A DNA stretch of 63,779 nucleotides, the filler included, from Squatina squatina (taxonomy: Eukaryota): assembly GCA_031763465.1 (NCBI GenBank). It is 4 parts of 4 records of this genome, joined end to end, with 100 filler letters (N's around TTAATTAATTAA, not from the genome) between each part and the next. Parts side by side here need not be neighbours in the genome. Positions count along the whole stretch, not along the records: positions 14,896 to 32,476 come from JARFOE010000004.1; positions 32,577 to 51,569 come from JARFOE010000001.1; 2 more parts are not named here. One strand, given 5' to 3'. Position numbers and translations under genes: made by a program. The stretch's first letter is position 1. Each line of letters starts with the position of its first letter. Shown piece after piece: positions 28,661 through 41,545 of this stretch. Below the pieces are notes generated by a model, which ran no database searches, was not told where the DNA came from, and saw only the letters and a program-made list of their open reading frames with translations.

Positions 28661-31600
28661 AGGGCTGATGTGGCTCACCTCTTGGAGCAGTGGAATTCTG
28701 GGATCACTCTGCAGCAGGCTAGGTCTCGTTCAACTGCCTGGACAACCTGGGCTTGCCTCCTTCCAATTACACATGCAGGCTGCAATGGGTGGCGTAGGAC
28801 TCCACCGTGACCCCTGCCATCTGCCTCATGTCCGCTGAAGTTGGCCTCAATACCACCATAGGGTTGTGATGTTCGTTCAGCATCATTCTATTCAGAGCAG
28901 GACCCCCTGACATCGGAGTCAGCAGGCTCCTCATCAGGGGCTGACATCTCCTGAGCCTTTGCTCAGCACAGAAAGCCTGCACTTCCACTCCTCATTCCAG
29001 CTCCCTCGTGCTTGGTGCATTGCCCAGNNNNNNNNNNNNNNNNNNNNNNNNNNNNNNNNNNNNNNNNNNNNNNNNNNNNNNNNNNNNNNNNNNNNNNNNN
29101 NNNNNNNNNNNNNNNNNNNNNNNNNNNGGCACATTGTTGGTGCAGATCAGAGAGAGACTCATTGTAAATTTTGCTCAATTCTAAAATTGAAAAAAGCATT
29201 CCATTCTCCATTGTTGAATGCTAACCTTGACAGCACAAACTCACCCTCAAAAAGGAAAACAAACCAGTGTGTAAACTGTATGAACTTTTTAGGGACTCTT
29301 ATGTTATAGGTGTGTAGTTGACAGGAAATGTGCATGTCCCTCTCTGCCAGCTGCATTCCGTAGTATGAATGGTTTGATGCATAAAGACTTAGTAGACCCA
29401 AATAAATGCTGAGTCTAAAAATTGTGCTATCAGATTAAGAGAGTTGTTCTGAGGGGAGTGATTCTGGGGAGACAATCTTCTGTGTTCCACTGATACTTCA
29501 ACCCAGTCTCCACATTCACAACTAAGCCAAGTGTCACTGGCACCCAACTTTATGTGATAGGAGAACAGCAATGCATATCCGAGTTCACTCTTCCAGTACA
29601 GGAACATGAAAAATATAGGTAATACATAAAGGCGCTTTTACGATCTCACACCACCATTACAGCACTGCTGCTGCTGAAAGCCTGCACTGTGAGTGAGGTG
29701 ACCAAAATTGACAGTACCAAGATTATGTGAAAAGGTGATTTTCATTGGGACTTGAGACAATAGCACACTTGGTGGCAATTTGTAAACGCTGCTGCTGAAG
29801 TGAGAGGCTGCCATTGTTTCTGACAGATTTCAGGAAAGTAATCGTGGGGAGCTGTTCTCTCTGACTGAGTCTCCTCAATCCACAGCTGAGCTCAGTGCCA
29901 CTGGCATCCAGATTTGTGGCTGAGTGTCACGATGCTGATACAGGCCAATGGCGTCCTTGTTTTAAGCCATTTAGGAACTCACAGCGGCCATAAACGCAAC
30001 TGGGCACATGCAGACATGAATGTGTGCCATTACATATCTGGTGCTTGAGAACCCACCTTGCAGTATAAAAGGGATAGATTTAATTGCACCAACAGACTCA
30101 GGCGATGTTGCAGAACCAATTCAGAAAGTAGTTGTGCAATATAAAGAGAGCATTAATCTATCTCAGTGCCAAATAAAATATAAAGAGGGCACTCAATCAA
30201 TATAAAGAGGGCATTAGATCAGAGTAATCTATCTCAGTGCTGAATGCTGGTGTAAAAAATATCTCAGAAGTAACAAGCGGATTTAAGTTGTTTGATTCAG
30301 TGATATTTTTAAAGTATTTGAAAAACTTTACAAGTAGCACATTGTTAAGCAGTTGCTGTTTTGAATCTGCAATAAGCCTCCTATTGACTGGCCCAAATCT
30401 CTTCCAGGTTCTGCACAGAATAAAATAGTTCCATATGAAGAATGGTGACGACAGCTTGCACTTTAGGATCTCTCTAAAATCACAAATAACAACTTGATAT
30501 AATTTCACCCCAGATTAATCCAAAATCCATGGCTGTATAAACTGAGACTCACTCAGCACTACTACAGAATCTCCTTTCACGATGTGTCCCACGTGTTTAC
30601 AGATAGGTGGGGCTTGAGTTGTGGCAATGTAACCACAGCAATCCCTCATACACAGAAGATTCAGTCTAGGCTAACTGTGACCTAAGGCAATGTGGCAGGG
30701 AACAATACAGGAATGAAGCAAACACAAGTGGAATAACCTTGTCACACAAGTAAATCATGATCTCTCTATGTGTTTGCCCCATTGAATGTTGGGATGTATA
30801 TGTAAATAATGGCTCAATGGTAGTAATCTAATCAAGGGCTTCAGATGATATCATAAACCAAGAGGTGAGTGCTTTAGAAGTTTATAATTATCTTCTGAAC
30901 CTCTTTTGAAATCACTATATAATATAAGTTTATTTATAATAGAGTTGGATTCGATGTTATGTTTTTTGACTGTTTTTATCCAGGCAGCAATTGCAATCTT
31001 TGTGTTGTTTTTGTGTGGTGCTGTTCACATACAAGTACATACGNNNNNNNNNNNNNNNNNNNNNNNNNNNNNNNNNNNNNNNNNNNNNNNNNNNNNNNNN
31101 NNNNNNNNNNNNNNNNNNNNNNNNNNNNNNNNNNNNNNNNNNNNNNNNNNNNNNNNNNNNNNNNNNNNNNNNNNNNNNNNNNNNNNNNNNNNNNNNNNNN
31201 NNNNNNNNNNNNNNNNNNNNNNNNNNNNNNNNNNNNNNNNNNNNNNNNNNNNNNNNNNNNNNNNNNNNNNNNNNNNNNNNNNNNNNNNNNNNNNNNNNNN
31301 NNNNNNNNNNNNNNNNNNNNNNNNNNNNNNNNNNNNNNNNNNNNNNNNNNNNNNNNNNNNNNNNNNNNNNNNNNNNNNNNNNNNNNNNNNNNNNNNNNNN
31401 NNNNNNNNNNNNNNNNNNNNNNNNNNNNNNNNNNNNNNNNNNNNNNNNNNNNNNNNNNNNNNNNNNNNNNNNNNNNNNNNNNNNNNNNNNNNNNNNNNNN
31501 NNNNNNNNNNNNNNNNNNNNNNNNNNNNNNNNNNNNNNNNNNNNNNNNNNNNNNNNNNNNNNNNNNNNNNNNNNNNNNNNNNNNNNNNNNNNNNNNNNNN

Positions 31601-32476
31601 NNNNNNNNNNNNNNNNNNNNNNNNNNNNNNNNNNNNNNNNNNNNNNNNNNNNNNNNNNNNNNNNNNNNNNNNNGTTAATTGAGAAATAATCTGCAGTTAA
31701 TTATGGGTAATTCTACATATTATGTTATTAGGTAATAATATACAGGAGACATACATTGTTATGACTTATTGTACCAACGTTTGATGTGCCTCGAGGCAGG
31801 TTGAATGCTCCTTTCATAATTACTGAATATGACCTCTATTTAAAACTGCAACCTCGGGTATGATATGTGTCAGACCCAGTTGTATTGCTGCAGTCCAGTT
31901 TTCATTGTGAAAAGCATCCTGCACCCGGAGCAACTGCGAAAAGAAAGTTTTTAATGTGCCACTGAAGCAGGAAGTTTTATTTTGCTTTACCTGGCCAGCA
32001 CAACAACCAGGATGCATGACACAGGGTGTGATGTGCCAGCTTGTTTTTTTTTGTGTAGCATAACAAAGCTGGTCTAATTATGTTAACTGATTAGAATTCC
32101 AACTCACTTATTTGAGATACAAAAGAAGCCTCTCATGTGCACCAACCATTACGACCTGTTGTGCCCTCCAACACGGCAAGGAGAGTGGCACAGAAAATTT
32201 ATTATATGTTGCACTTAGAAATATTTGTTTAGTACCACTCTATGCTATTCTGCAAGGCAGTGATTAAAATGTTTTATTTCCCAGCTTGGGCACAAATTGA
32301 ACCAAAACATGGCTGAGTTTGCACTAGTGACGGTGTATAATAAAATTACTTTTTGTTCTAACCTAACAATATATATAAAAATGCCTAGAGGACAATTTTC
32401 ATTTGGTGCTAATGTTGGCGCCTAACTTTCACAGGGGTTTTCCCGATCTCTTGCCTTAACTTTGGTGGGAGATCGG

Positions 32477-32576
32477 NNNNNNNNNNNNNNNNNNNNNNNN
32501 NNNNNNNNNNNNNNNNNNNNTTAATTAATTAANNNNNNNNNNNNNNNNNNNNNNNNNNNNNNNNNNNNNNNNNNNN
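32477..32576. other. Artificial scaffold linker (44 N + TTAATTAATTAA + 44 N)
   Basis: 12-mer at 32521-32532 flanked by 44 N on each side. Confidence 0.95.
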
Positions 32577-32624
32577 CCCGCGCCAATGTCCGACCAATTT
32601 GCGCATTTATCAATAGCGTCAGGT

Positions 32625-33097
32625 AGCTGGGCCCTAAGCTCAGTGGGTAGTGCCCTCACCTCCGAGTCAGAAGGTTCTGGGTTTAAGCCTCACTCCAGAG
32701 ACTGGAGCACAGAAATCTAGGCCGACACTCCCAGTGCAGCACTGAGGGAGTTCTGTGTTGTCGGAGGTGCCGTCTTTCAGATGAGCCATGAAACCGAGGC
32801 CCCATCTGCTCTCTCAGGTGGATATAAAAGATCCCACGGCACTATTTCAAAGAAGAGCAAGGGAGCTCTCCCCAGTGACCTGGCCAATATTTATCCCTCA
32901 ATCAACATCACTGAAACAGATTATCTGCTCATTATCATATTGCTGTTTGTGGGAGCTTGCTGTGCGCAAATTCACTATCGTGTTTCCTACATTACAACAG
33001 TGAGTACATTTCAAAAAGTACTTCATTGGCTGTAAAGCGCTTTGGAACATCCGGTGGTCGTGAAAGGAGCTATATAAATGCAAATCTTTCTTTCTTT
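32625..33097 (+). mobile_element. Near full-length tRNA-derived SINE, SacSINE1/DeuSINE-like
   Basis: Pol III A-box-like GCTCAGTGG and B-box-like GGTTTAAGCC head, Deu-domain-like core (taaaagatcccacggcactatttcaaagaagagc...ctggccaatatttatccctca), tail ...ctatataaatgcaaat(cttt)n; several related copies in the window. Family name from recall. Confidence 0.85.
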
Positions 33098-35126
33098 CAA
33101 TTGAGCTGTTGCATGTGATGCCTGTGTTCACAGGCTATCAGGATTTGGGTCCTTGATGACCCAACCATCCCACAACCTCACGAAGGTGGTGAAAAGACAT
33201 GACTGCAATATTCATTTTTACCACAATTCAACGGGCGGAGCAGACCAGATTGTTGGAACAAGTAGGGCCCGACTGTGTCTGAATGCTTGTTTGGTTTATT
33301 TACATAACACTGTTCCAGATTAGATAAGTCAATAGTACATATATATATATATAAAAAAATGTGACCGCAGTTTAGGTGCAGTGAGAGTTCTGTAGTCTAG
33401 AGATGGGGGAGCTGATAACAAGGGCTGTGAACCGCAGTTATCACCTGTAGGCTGGGGGAGGGGCGGGGAGAGGAGCGAAGGTCATGGAAAGGCCAGCGGT
33501 GGCGTCGAGTTATTGGNNNNNNNNNNNNNNNNNNNNNNNNNNNNNNNNNNNNNNNNNNNNNNNNNNNNNNNNNNNNNNNNNNNNNNNNNNNNNNNNNNNN
33601 NNNNNNNNNNNNNNNNGTTACTCCCATTGAATGGCTCTCCTTCTACCGAGATCGTATTTACAACCAGAGTTTCCAAAGGTTGTGATGACATGGCATAAGA
33701 CTCCTCGCGTTTGCACATAGCTGAAATTCTTTCCTGGCAACACTATTTCCACCGAACGATCCTTGTAAATGAGCTTGTGTTTACAGTGCTGCCGAGTGCT
33801 GAGCAGCCCAGGTTGTCAGCAGGAGTTCAAGCCTGGGCTTTTCCACCTTTGCCGACGTCGATTCCTTTTAATCGCTAGATTTTTTTTTTCTCCCCTCGCC
33901 CCCTTGACACTCGAAGAGGGGGTAAATTCAAAACAAATCTGCGGAAACAATTTGGCCTTAAAATTGCGGTCGGAGGCTTCCCGCGGAAACCTCCGACCTG
34001 AACATCTTTTACAAACCTACCTTGGGTCCCAGGAGTTTCAGAGACTTCTGGTCCCAGGCCTTTCTGGGTACCGGTGGGTAGTGGCCCACGTATCCCAGGA
34101 GCATCGGCGCTGCGTACGCATTGCTGGGATCATGTGGGCTGGCTCAACGAATTAAGGTAGGGTTGTTCACATTCATAATAATGGTGATTCCAATGAATCA
34201 AAGTAGGTGTATTCCAATTCATAATTATGGAATCACCATTATAATGAATGGGAATACCCCCAAAAACACAATGGCCCTGAATTTGTGATCGGAGGCTTGG
34301 TGGAGGGGTCTCGAATCGCAGGGGGTGGGTTAGGCAGAGACCCGGGATCCAGGAGGTAGGTGTGAAGGCACTTACATCCTAGATCCAGCAGTGCTCACCT
34401 GCCATTAGCTGGCGGGTTTCGTGAGGTGTGTAAAACCCGACCAGCTAAAGTTAAAAACAAAATGGAGGTTAAAGAAGAGGCTTCCAGCCTCATTATAATA
34501 TTCAAATAGACAGTCTGCCTCCTGGTAGCGGGTTTTTTGCCGCCCCCGTTAAAACTGGAAGTGGGCCGGTTGGAGGCAGGTNNNNNNNNNNNNNNNNNNN
34601 NNNNNNNNNNNNNNNNNNNNNNNNNNNNNNNNNNNNNNNNNNNNNNNNNNNNNNNNNNNNNNNNNNNNNNNNNNNNNNNNNCCCTCGTGCATTGCGTCTG
34701 CGTGTGCAGTGCACTTGCACTGTGCGTGTGTGGCAGACTCCAGCCATCAATCACAATCCACCCATCGTAATAATCGGTGTGCTTCCCTCGCACGCTATTT
34801 TTGCAAACATGTACTTACTGTGCTGCCGGTAGAGATTGATGAGCATTAATTGTAACCTGTGCAGCTTTTATTTTTTTTGAAGTATGAAGAATATTTCACA
34901 TACTTGGTGTGTTGCTGGCCTGGTGCCAGTAACCTCAGTTTGAACTCTGTGGAGCAGTGAGACACGTGCGGGCACTCTATCTCATGAACTCTAAACCTCC
35001 ACTCAGAGACACAAAGAAACCCAGCCGTATTGTTAAACTGGAAGGAAGTGCTTTACACCTAATCTGTTTGTTACATGCAAGGGAAAGGTTCAAGTGAGAG
35101 GCGGAGATTAGATGGGATATGGACTC

Positions 35127-35490
35127 GGGGACTGGGTGGCGCAGTCAGTTGGCGCACTGCCCATTAATCTCTGGAAACCCAGGTTCAAATCCAGCTATCG
35201 CTGATGGAAGTCTCATCTTCTGGCTGTTAGGGTTCTAAATGAAATGTCTGGGACAATCTCAGTGCAGTTTCTAATGAGGATGGGCACCTCAGCATAAAAC
35301 TGTCCTAATCTGGCTCAAATGGCACCAAGTCAGCAACCTCACTCAAAGAGGAACTGGAATAGCTGGTGTGCAAAATGAAACCACTCATACTGGTGCCATT
35401 CTGTACTGGGGTCAAGACATATTGTTGGGGCAGAGTCGAGGAAACCTTTCTCTGCAGTTGGCCGTACTGGGAGTCCTTGCACTGACACAA
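35127..35490 (+). mobile_element. LF-SINE-like element
   Basis: Ordered blocks resembling the LF-SINE consensus as I recall it: GGGGACTGG.TGGC.CAGT, GGTTCAAATCCAGC, TGGCTGTT..GAAATG, TCTCAGT.CAGTT.CTA, AATGGCACC, GGGTCAAGACATATTG. Confidence 0.65.
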
Positions 35491-36394
35491 CAACAACTTG
35501 CATTTATATACTGCCTTTAATGTAGAAAATCGCCCCAAGGTGATTGACAGTTGTCTAATCAGACTAAAATGGACAGCAAGACAAAGGAAGAGATGATTAG
35601 GAAAAGTGATCAAAGCTTGGTCAGAGAGATGAGTCTTAAAGAAGGAGAAGGAGGTGGAGAGTTGTAGGGGGTTAGGGATAGAATTTCAGAGTGTGAGATA
35701 CAGGTGGCTGAAGGCACGGCTGCCATTGGTGGGGAGAATGAGTGGGATGCACAAAAGGCAGAGGAACAGAGAGGTTGNNNNNNNNNNNNNNNNNNNNNNN
35801 NNNNNNNNNNNNNNNNNNNNNNNNNNNNNNNNNNNNNNNNNNNNNNNNNNNNNNNNNNNNNNNNNNNNNNNNNNNNNTGGGTGCGGAGAGGAGGGGTTGG
35901 GAGAGAGTAGAGCCACAGTCGCTTTTTATTAATGTTATTAAAAGGGAATATCTAAACACATACAAATTGTACATATAGAACCTTTTGAGGAACATAGCTT
36001 ACAGTATCCTAGGCCACCGTATAAAGAGGAGCGATTTGCAGGGTAAGTGTTGGGTTTACTGGAGGTTGGCTGATGTGTGTTACTAACTATATAATCAATG
36101 TATTACTCGGTGTCATGTTTACCTATGCATTCCTCGGCGCCTCATTGCAACATACGTCGGGCTGCTAGGGGGATAGATTCTGTTTTTTTTATATTTGTCC
36201 AATGTTCTATTTGTTGGAAGTTGCACAGGTGTTTTTTTTTGCACAGATGCGGAATTTACAAAGAAAAATGAACAAATGGAGGGGAGAAATGTTTTCTTTG
36301 CTTGTTCAGGTGCAAATTATCATGGGAAAGACTTGCTCCTCTCAATGTACAGTACCAGGAGTTGACCGAAATAAAACTGCTTAGATCGGTCGCC

Positions 36395-36437
<43 letters not shown>

Positions 36438-39169
36438 TGTTAATATTTTCCACACATCTCAGTCGTTCAAAACAGNNNNNNNNNNNNNNNNNNNNNNNNN
36501 NNNNNNNNNNNNNNNNNNNNNNNNNNNNNNNNNNNNNNNNNNNNNNNNNNNNNNNNNNNNNNNNNNNNNNNNNNNGGACAGCAGATTATTATCTGAATGG
36601 TAATCATGCAGCATGATACCAACATATGCCAGGTTTAAGTTGGCAGGTTAACAAGACAATATGTAGTTTGAGCACACTTGGAGTTCATTTGGGCCATGGT
36701 TTGCTGTTTATTGAGTTGCAGAATTTGTTAACTGTCTCATAGAAGTACAGCTTTGATGTATATGAATTAAGTACACTAAACTTTCAATGCAGTTACCAAC
36801 TCGCACCAGAGCTGAGGAAAGTCAGATATTCTATACCCCACCAGATTTTACTCTCCATGGACTTCACAGCAGAGCGTGAAAAAAAAATCAGGTGGGGTGT
36901 AAAACTGGAGTCTGATCCGAACCCACCACATTCCTGCCAGATGTGTTAGCTTAAAATTACTCAAACATTTTTTTTTAAATTGGAAACCTTTTTATTTGCA
37001 TTTCACCTTTTCATATCTTCTATACGGAGGAGATTCTAACCCTCCTCGCTCAGCAGAAATCTGGCGGGCGGGCAGTTAAGATCGCCCTGGCTCTTACCCG
37101 TCCGAATGCCGTCATGATCGCAACATCTGCCATTTTAACCTGCTCTCCTGAGCTAGGACAGGCGCCCGGGTCCTTCTGTACATAGACATGTTACAGCCCA
37201 GTGACATCATTGAGACCCGACTGTAATTTTAACTCAGGCCTGAGTGGGGAATCCACCTGGAGTTAAAATCGTGTGTTTCTTTAAAGTTAAGACTTCATAG
37301 AATTCAGCATGAGATGATAAAATCTAAACAAACATAGACAAAGTTATGCCCCATTCAACATTAGTTTGCAACTTCTAACTCATAATGTGATGAGCAGTCC
37401 TTGCAGTTGGAGGAGATCATTTTAAGGGCACCTTTAATGCAGCTTCAACTTTGCTGTTGAAGTTGGAGGGCGCGTGGGGTCATGTCCAGCCAAAGTAAAA
37501 ACATGCCCAGTTGTAGGTTGACTGGTCACAGCATCTCTGTACACCTGGGTGCATGCAGCAAACAAAGTTTTGCCACTGCTGCTCTTTGCTGGCTGCTTGG
37601 GAACTGAACTGAGCGAGATACACCCAAGAGTGACGTTAAAACAGTTTACCCAAGCAGTTATTCTAAAGTTGTTCTGCTTCCAATAAGAATACGCCATTAG
37701 TTAACAAGGTTTATGTTGATGGGTCAAGTTGTAAATCCTTTCCGTTTGGTCGGAGTGCTGTTTGGCAATGTTAAAGTTTGTGAATTGCCCGAAACAGGTA
37801 TTTATGACACACCACTGACTTCTGTTTCAATGCAAACACTGTACAGGCCCTGCACTTCTTGGGTGGGTGTTACTGCAGATGATATGTCTTCAAACTGTCG
37901 CTACCACATCGATCAACCCTCTTGCAGAAATTGTACCAATCCATCATGACATTAATCTGACTTTCTTTAATATCACAAGACTACTTTATAGCCCCCAGTT
38001 GGCCACTAATCCTCAAAAAAAATTATGCATTCACTATCACTCTCAACCGTGGTTTTTTTTCCCAAGCTCGACAGTAAGTACTTGCACGTTAACCACATGG
38101 TCCTTGATGACAGATGCACTGTGGCACTGCACGAAGATATAGATTTAAAATGTAATCAATTCCCCTTCCCCAAGGGCTCAGCGAGTCTATTCAGTGAGCA
38201 ACTGAACCATGCAGATCAGGCAGGCTCGGGTTCAACTCCTCATTTTGTATGGCTAGCTTATTGCAATGACAATGATAAGAAGTGTCACAATTGATACCAG
38301 CATCTCTGAGCTAGGGAGCAGGGGCACAATTAGCCGGAGGTCGTGCTCCTGACCATTAACCGCCCCTTGGTGACAGTGTGCGCGCACGTGGATGGTGGGT
38401 GGGAACAGTGTGGGGTTTGGTCGTGACGCCTCCCATAGTCGAATAGCCCACTGGCTCTGGCCGGGCGGGCTCGCACACGAAGAGAGCAGCTGCTTGTTGG
38501 TGGGGCAGGGGGTGCGGTGGGGTCTAGTACCCGTGGAAGCTAACTATACCAGGGGGAGGAAGGTTGGAGGACTCTGTGTGACCATATGGGGGTCTAGTGA
38601 TAAATCCCCAAACGCCCACCCGGTGTGAGAGGCAGCCCGCTGCCCCTTTGCACACACTCCGGGACACTGTCTCAGCAGCTCAGCCCCTGGGCGGTAAGCG
38701 ATTCGAGAGCTAACTGTATGTAACCTGGGGCGACCTTAAGCACACTGACAGTCTCATTCATTCACCCAGAATGAGGTAGAATTCTGTTAACAGAGAGGTG
38801 CGGGACGCCTCTCGTTCAGCGATGTGCTGTTAAAATACTAATTTTTAGTGTAAACTGGTCTGAACTCCCTCTACATAAAGCATTCTTTGTCCGTGGGTGG
38901 AAATGTATCAATAACCCTTTATTTAAGCACAAAGGGAGCTGTAATTATATTTATTCAGATCAGGCCAGTAATTGCGTTAAAAGCCACGATTACCCAGATA
39001 ATCTCGCAAATTTGGTTTAATAAGATTTATCGGATGGTCCTCATTATACACAAGGCAAACACTGCGGGGGCGGGGGAGAGGTGAGCCTGTGTGTGAAAGT
39101 GAGAGGCTGCACACGCGTGTTGGGCCAAGGGTTCATTGCTGAACTCATTTCAGAGGCAGACAGAATGAG

Positions 39170-39668
39170 CATGTGTGAGAGAGCGAGTTACAGAGAGAGA
39201 GGTACACAGAGAGAAGGAGACAGAGAGAGACAAACAGATAGTGAGAGATAGCGAGAGAGAAACAGACAGTGAGAGAGACAGAGAGCAAGAAACAGAGAGA
39301 AACAGATAGTGAGAGATAGCGGGAGAGAAACAGCGAGTGAGAGACAGAGAGAGAGGTAGGGGGAGAGAGACAGTGAGAGAGACAGAGAGACAAACAGAGA
39401 GAAACAGATAGTGAGAGAGAAACAGAGATTGAGAGACAGAGGTACAGAGAGAGAGACAGAGAGTTAGAGACAGAGAGAGAGTAACACAGAGTGAGAGATA
39501 GAGACAGAGAGAGAGTAACACAGAGCGAGAGATAGAGACAGAGAGAGAGTAACACAGAGAGAGAGAGACAGAGAGAGTAACAGAGAGAGTGACAGAGTTA
39601 GAGACAGAGAGAGTAACACAGAGACAGAGAGAGAGTAACAGAGAGATAGAGACAGAGAGAGAGTAACA
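39170..39668. repeat. Degenerate (GA)n/(GACA)n simple repeat
   Basis: Purine-rich low-complexity tract running into a gap. Confidence 0.95.
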
Positions 39669-40108
39669 NNNNNNNNNNNNNNNNNNNNNNNNNNNNNNNN
39701 NNNNNNNNNNNNNNNNNNNNNNNNNNNNNNNNNNNNNNNNNNNNNNNNNNNNNNNNNNNNNNNNNNNNNNNNNNNNNNNNNNNNNNNNNNNNNNNNNNNN
39801 NNNNNNNNNNNNNNNNNNNNNNNNNNNNNNNNNNNNNNNNNNNNNNNNNNNNNNNNNNNNNNNNNNNNNNNNNNNNNNNNNNNNNNNNNNNNNNNNNNNN
39901 NNNNNNNNNNNNNNNNNNNNNNNNNNNNNNNNNNNNNNNNNNNNNNNNNNNNNNNNNNNNNNNNNNNNNNNNNNNNNNNNNNNNNNNNNNNNNNNNNNNN
40001 NNNNNNNNNNNNTGCTTTCCTAACTGCTTGCTGCACCTGCCTGTTTGCTTTCAGTGACCGGTGTACTGATTTACGGGCGTTGAACTATTCCCTTGGCTTT
40101 GTTTTCAG

Positions 40109-40501
40109 GGGTGCCAGATTCCTAAAGGCTGGAGTGTGCTGTACAGCATCCGTGACACTCACGACACAGCTCCCATCTTCCAGAACGTCGAGGTCTTCGA
40201 TCCTGACCGCTTCGGAGAAGAGCGGGATGAGAACAAGGGCGGCCGCTTCAGCTACATCCCCTTCGGAGGGGGCGTCAGGAGCTGCCTGGGCAAGGAGCTG
40301 GCCAAGCTCATTCTCAAGGTGCTGGCCATTGAGCTGGCCTGCTCCAGCCGCTTCGAGCTGGCAACCAGGACTTTCCCCCGCATGTTGACGGTGCCAGTGG
40401 TCCACCCCGTGGATGGCTTGAGAGTAAAATTCTCCGGACTCGATTCCAACCAGAACGAGATAGACCCAGAGACAGTGTCCATGCTGGGCTCCACGGTGTA
40501 A
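40109..40501 (+). CDS. CYP26B1: CYP26B1 (retinoic acid hydroxylase) terminal coding exon
   Basis: ttttcAG acceptor at 40107-40108; [22 protein letters not shown]...FDPDRF...[11 protein letters not shown] (heme-Cys motif)...HPVDGL...[16 protein letters not shown]. The C-terminal tail is CYP26B1-specific. Upstream exons not seen. Confidence 0.93.
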   Translation, partial: GCQIPKGWSVLYSIRDTHDTAPIFQNVEVFDPDRFGEERDENKGGRFSYIPFGGGVRSCLGKELAKLILKVLAIELACSSRFELATRTFPRMLTVPVVHPVDGLRVKFSGLDSNQNEIDPETVSMLGSTV

Positions 40502-40858
40502 CGGGGCCCACTCCTCCCCGCCCTCTGAGGCAACAAACCTACGACAAACAACAAAGACTACATTTTTTAAAAAGAAAACCCTTCCGTAAACTAACGTACA
40601 AGATAAGCGAAAAGAAACCCTCTCCCACAGCCCTTTGAGAAAACCTTCTTGCTGAATTTCCATTGCAACTGGTATAAGAGGGGAGGTGATTTTGGATGGA
40701 AAAAGAAATTCAAAAGAGGGTGACAATGAGAGACGAGAGAATTCCGACTGAGAATTCTNNNNNNNNNNNNNNNNNNNNNNNNNNNNNNNNNNNNNNNNNN
40801 NNNNNNNNNNNNNNNNNNNNNNNNNNNNNNNNNNNNNNNNNNNNNNNNNNNNNNNNNN

Positions 40859-41058
40859 TCCCTCAGTACTGCCCCTCTGACAGTGCAGCGCTCCCTCAGT
40901 ACTGCCCCTCTGACAGTGCAGCGCTCCCTCAGTACTGCCCTTCCGACAGTGCAGCACTCCCTCAGAACTGCACCGGAGTGTCAGCCTAGATTCTGTGCTG
41001 AAATCCCTGGAGTGGGACTTGAAACCCATAACTTTCTGACTCAGAGACGAGAGTGAAG
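40859..41058 (-). mobile_element. SacSINE1-like head with an internal 33-bp segment tandemly amplified
   Basis: Three or more copies of CTCCCTCAGTACTGCCCCTCTGACAGTGCAGCG continuing directly into reverse-complement SINE head sequence. Confidence 0.85.
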
Positions 41059-41545
41059 TAAAATGAGTCTGCAGGGGTACAGTTCTGGTTAGTATAGCTG
41101 GCTTGCTGCGGAGACGGCCTGTTTGGGGCACGTGTCATGATTGTGGAGGTCCCGGCAGGATCCCAGCCACACTCAAGCTCAGCCTGCACTGAGCAGAGCT
41201 CCGTTAGGTGGACAGAGTGCAGCAAATCCCTGGGGTTGTTGTGCCACCCCAACCTGGATCTCTGAGCTCTTTCCACAAGACAACATGCGAGAGTGCAAGG
41301 CCCAATGGCGTGACTGCAGCATGACTCACCACACACTGACCTGATGCTTCTGGCAGCTCAGAATTACCAGCAATTAGAGAACTGACGCATTCCTCCTGCC
41401 AACTTGCACTTGGATAGGAACAGGTATTTCTGTGGGCGAGTAGCCTGCTCCAATTAGTTTATTTTAGCTCTACATCCTTATTTATAAAACAACCTCTCTA
41501 TTAACATCGTTCACAGTGAACAGCTGCCACACCCAGTCCTCTGCA

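Noticed and set aside
30906-31689. Long ORFs of 232-258 aa
   Set aside because: Almost entirely X residues from an N gap; the same applies to other gap-spanning ORFs such as 40085-41131.
32625-32700. tRNA gene
   Set aside because: A/B-box-like motifs belong to a SINE head; no cloverleaf and it continues into SINE body.
39130-39145. Retinoic acid response element for CYP26B1
   Set aside because: Half-sites are inverted with 4-bp spacing; I saw no canonical DR2 or DR5 by eye.
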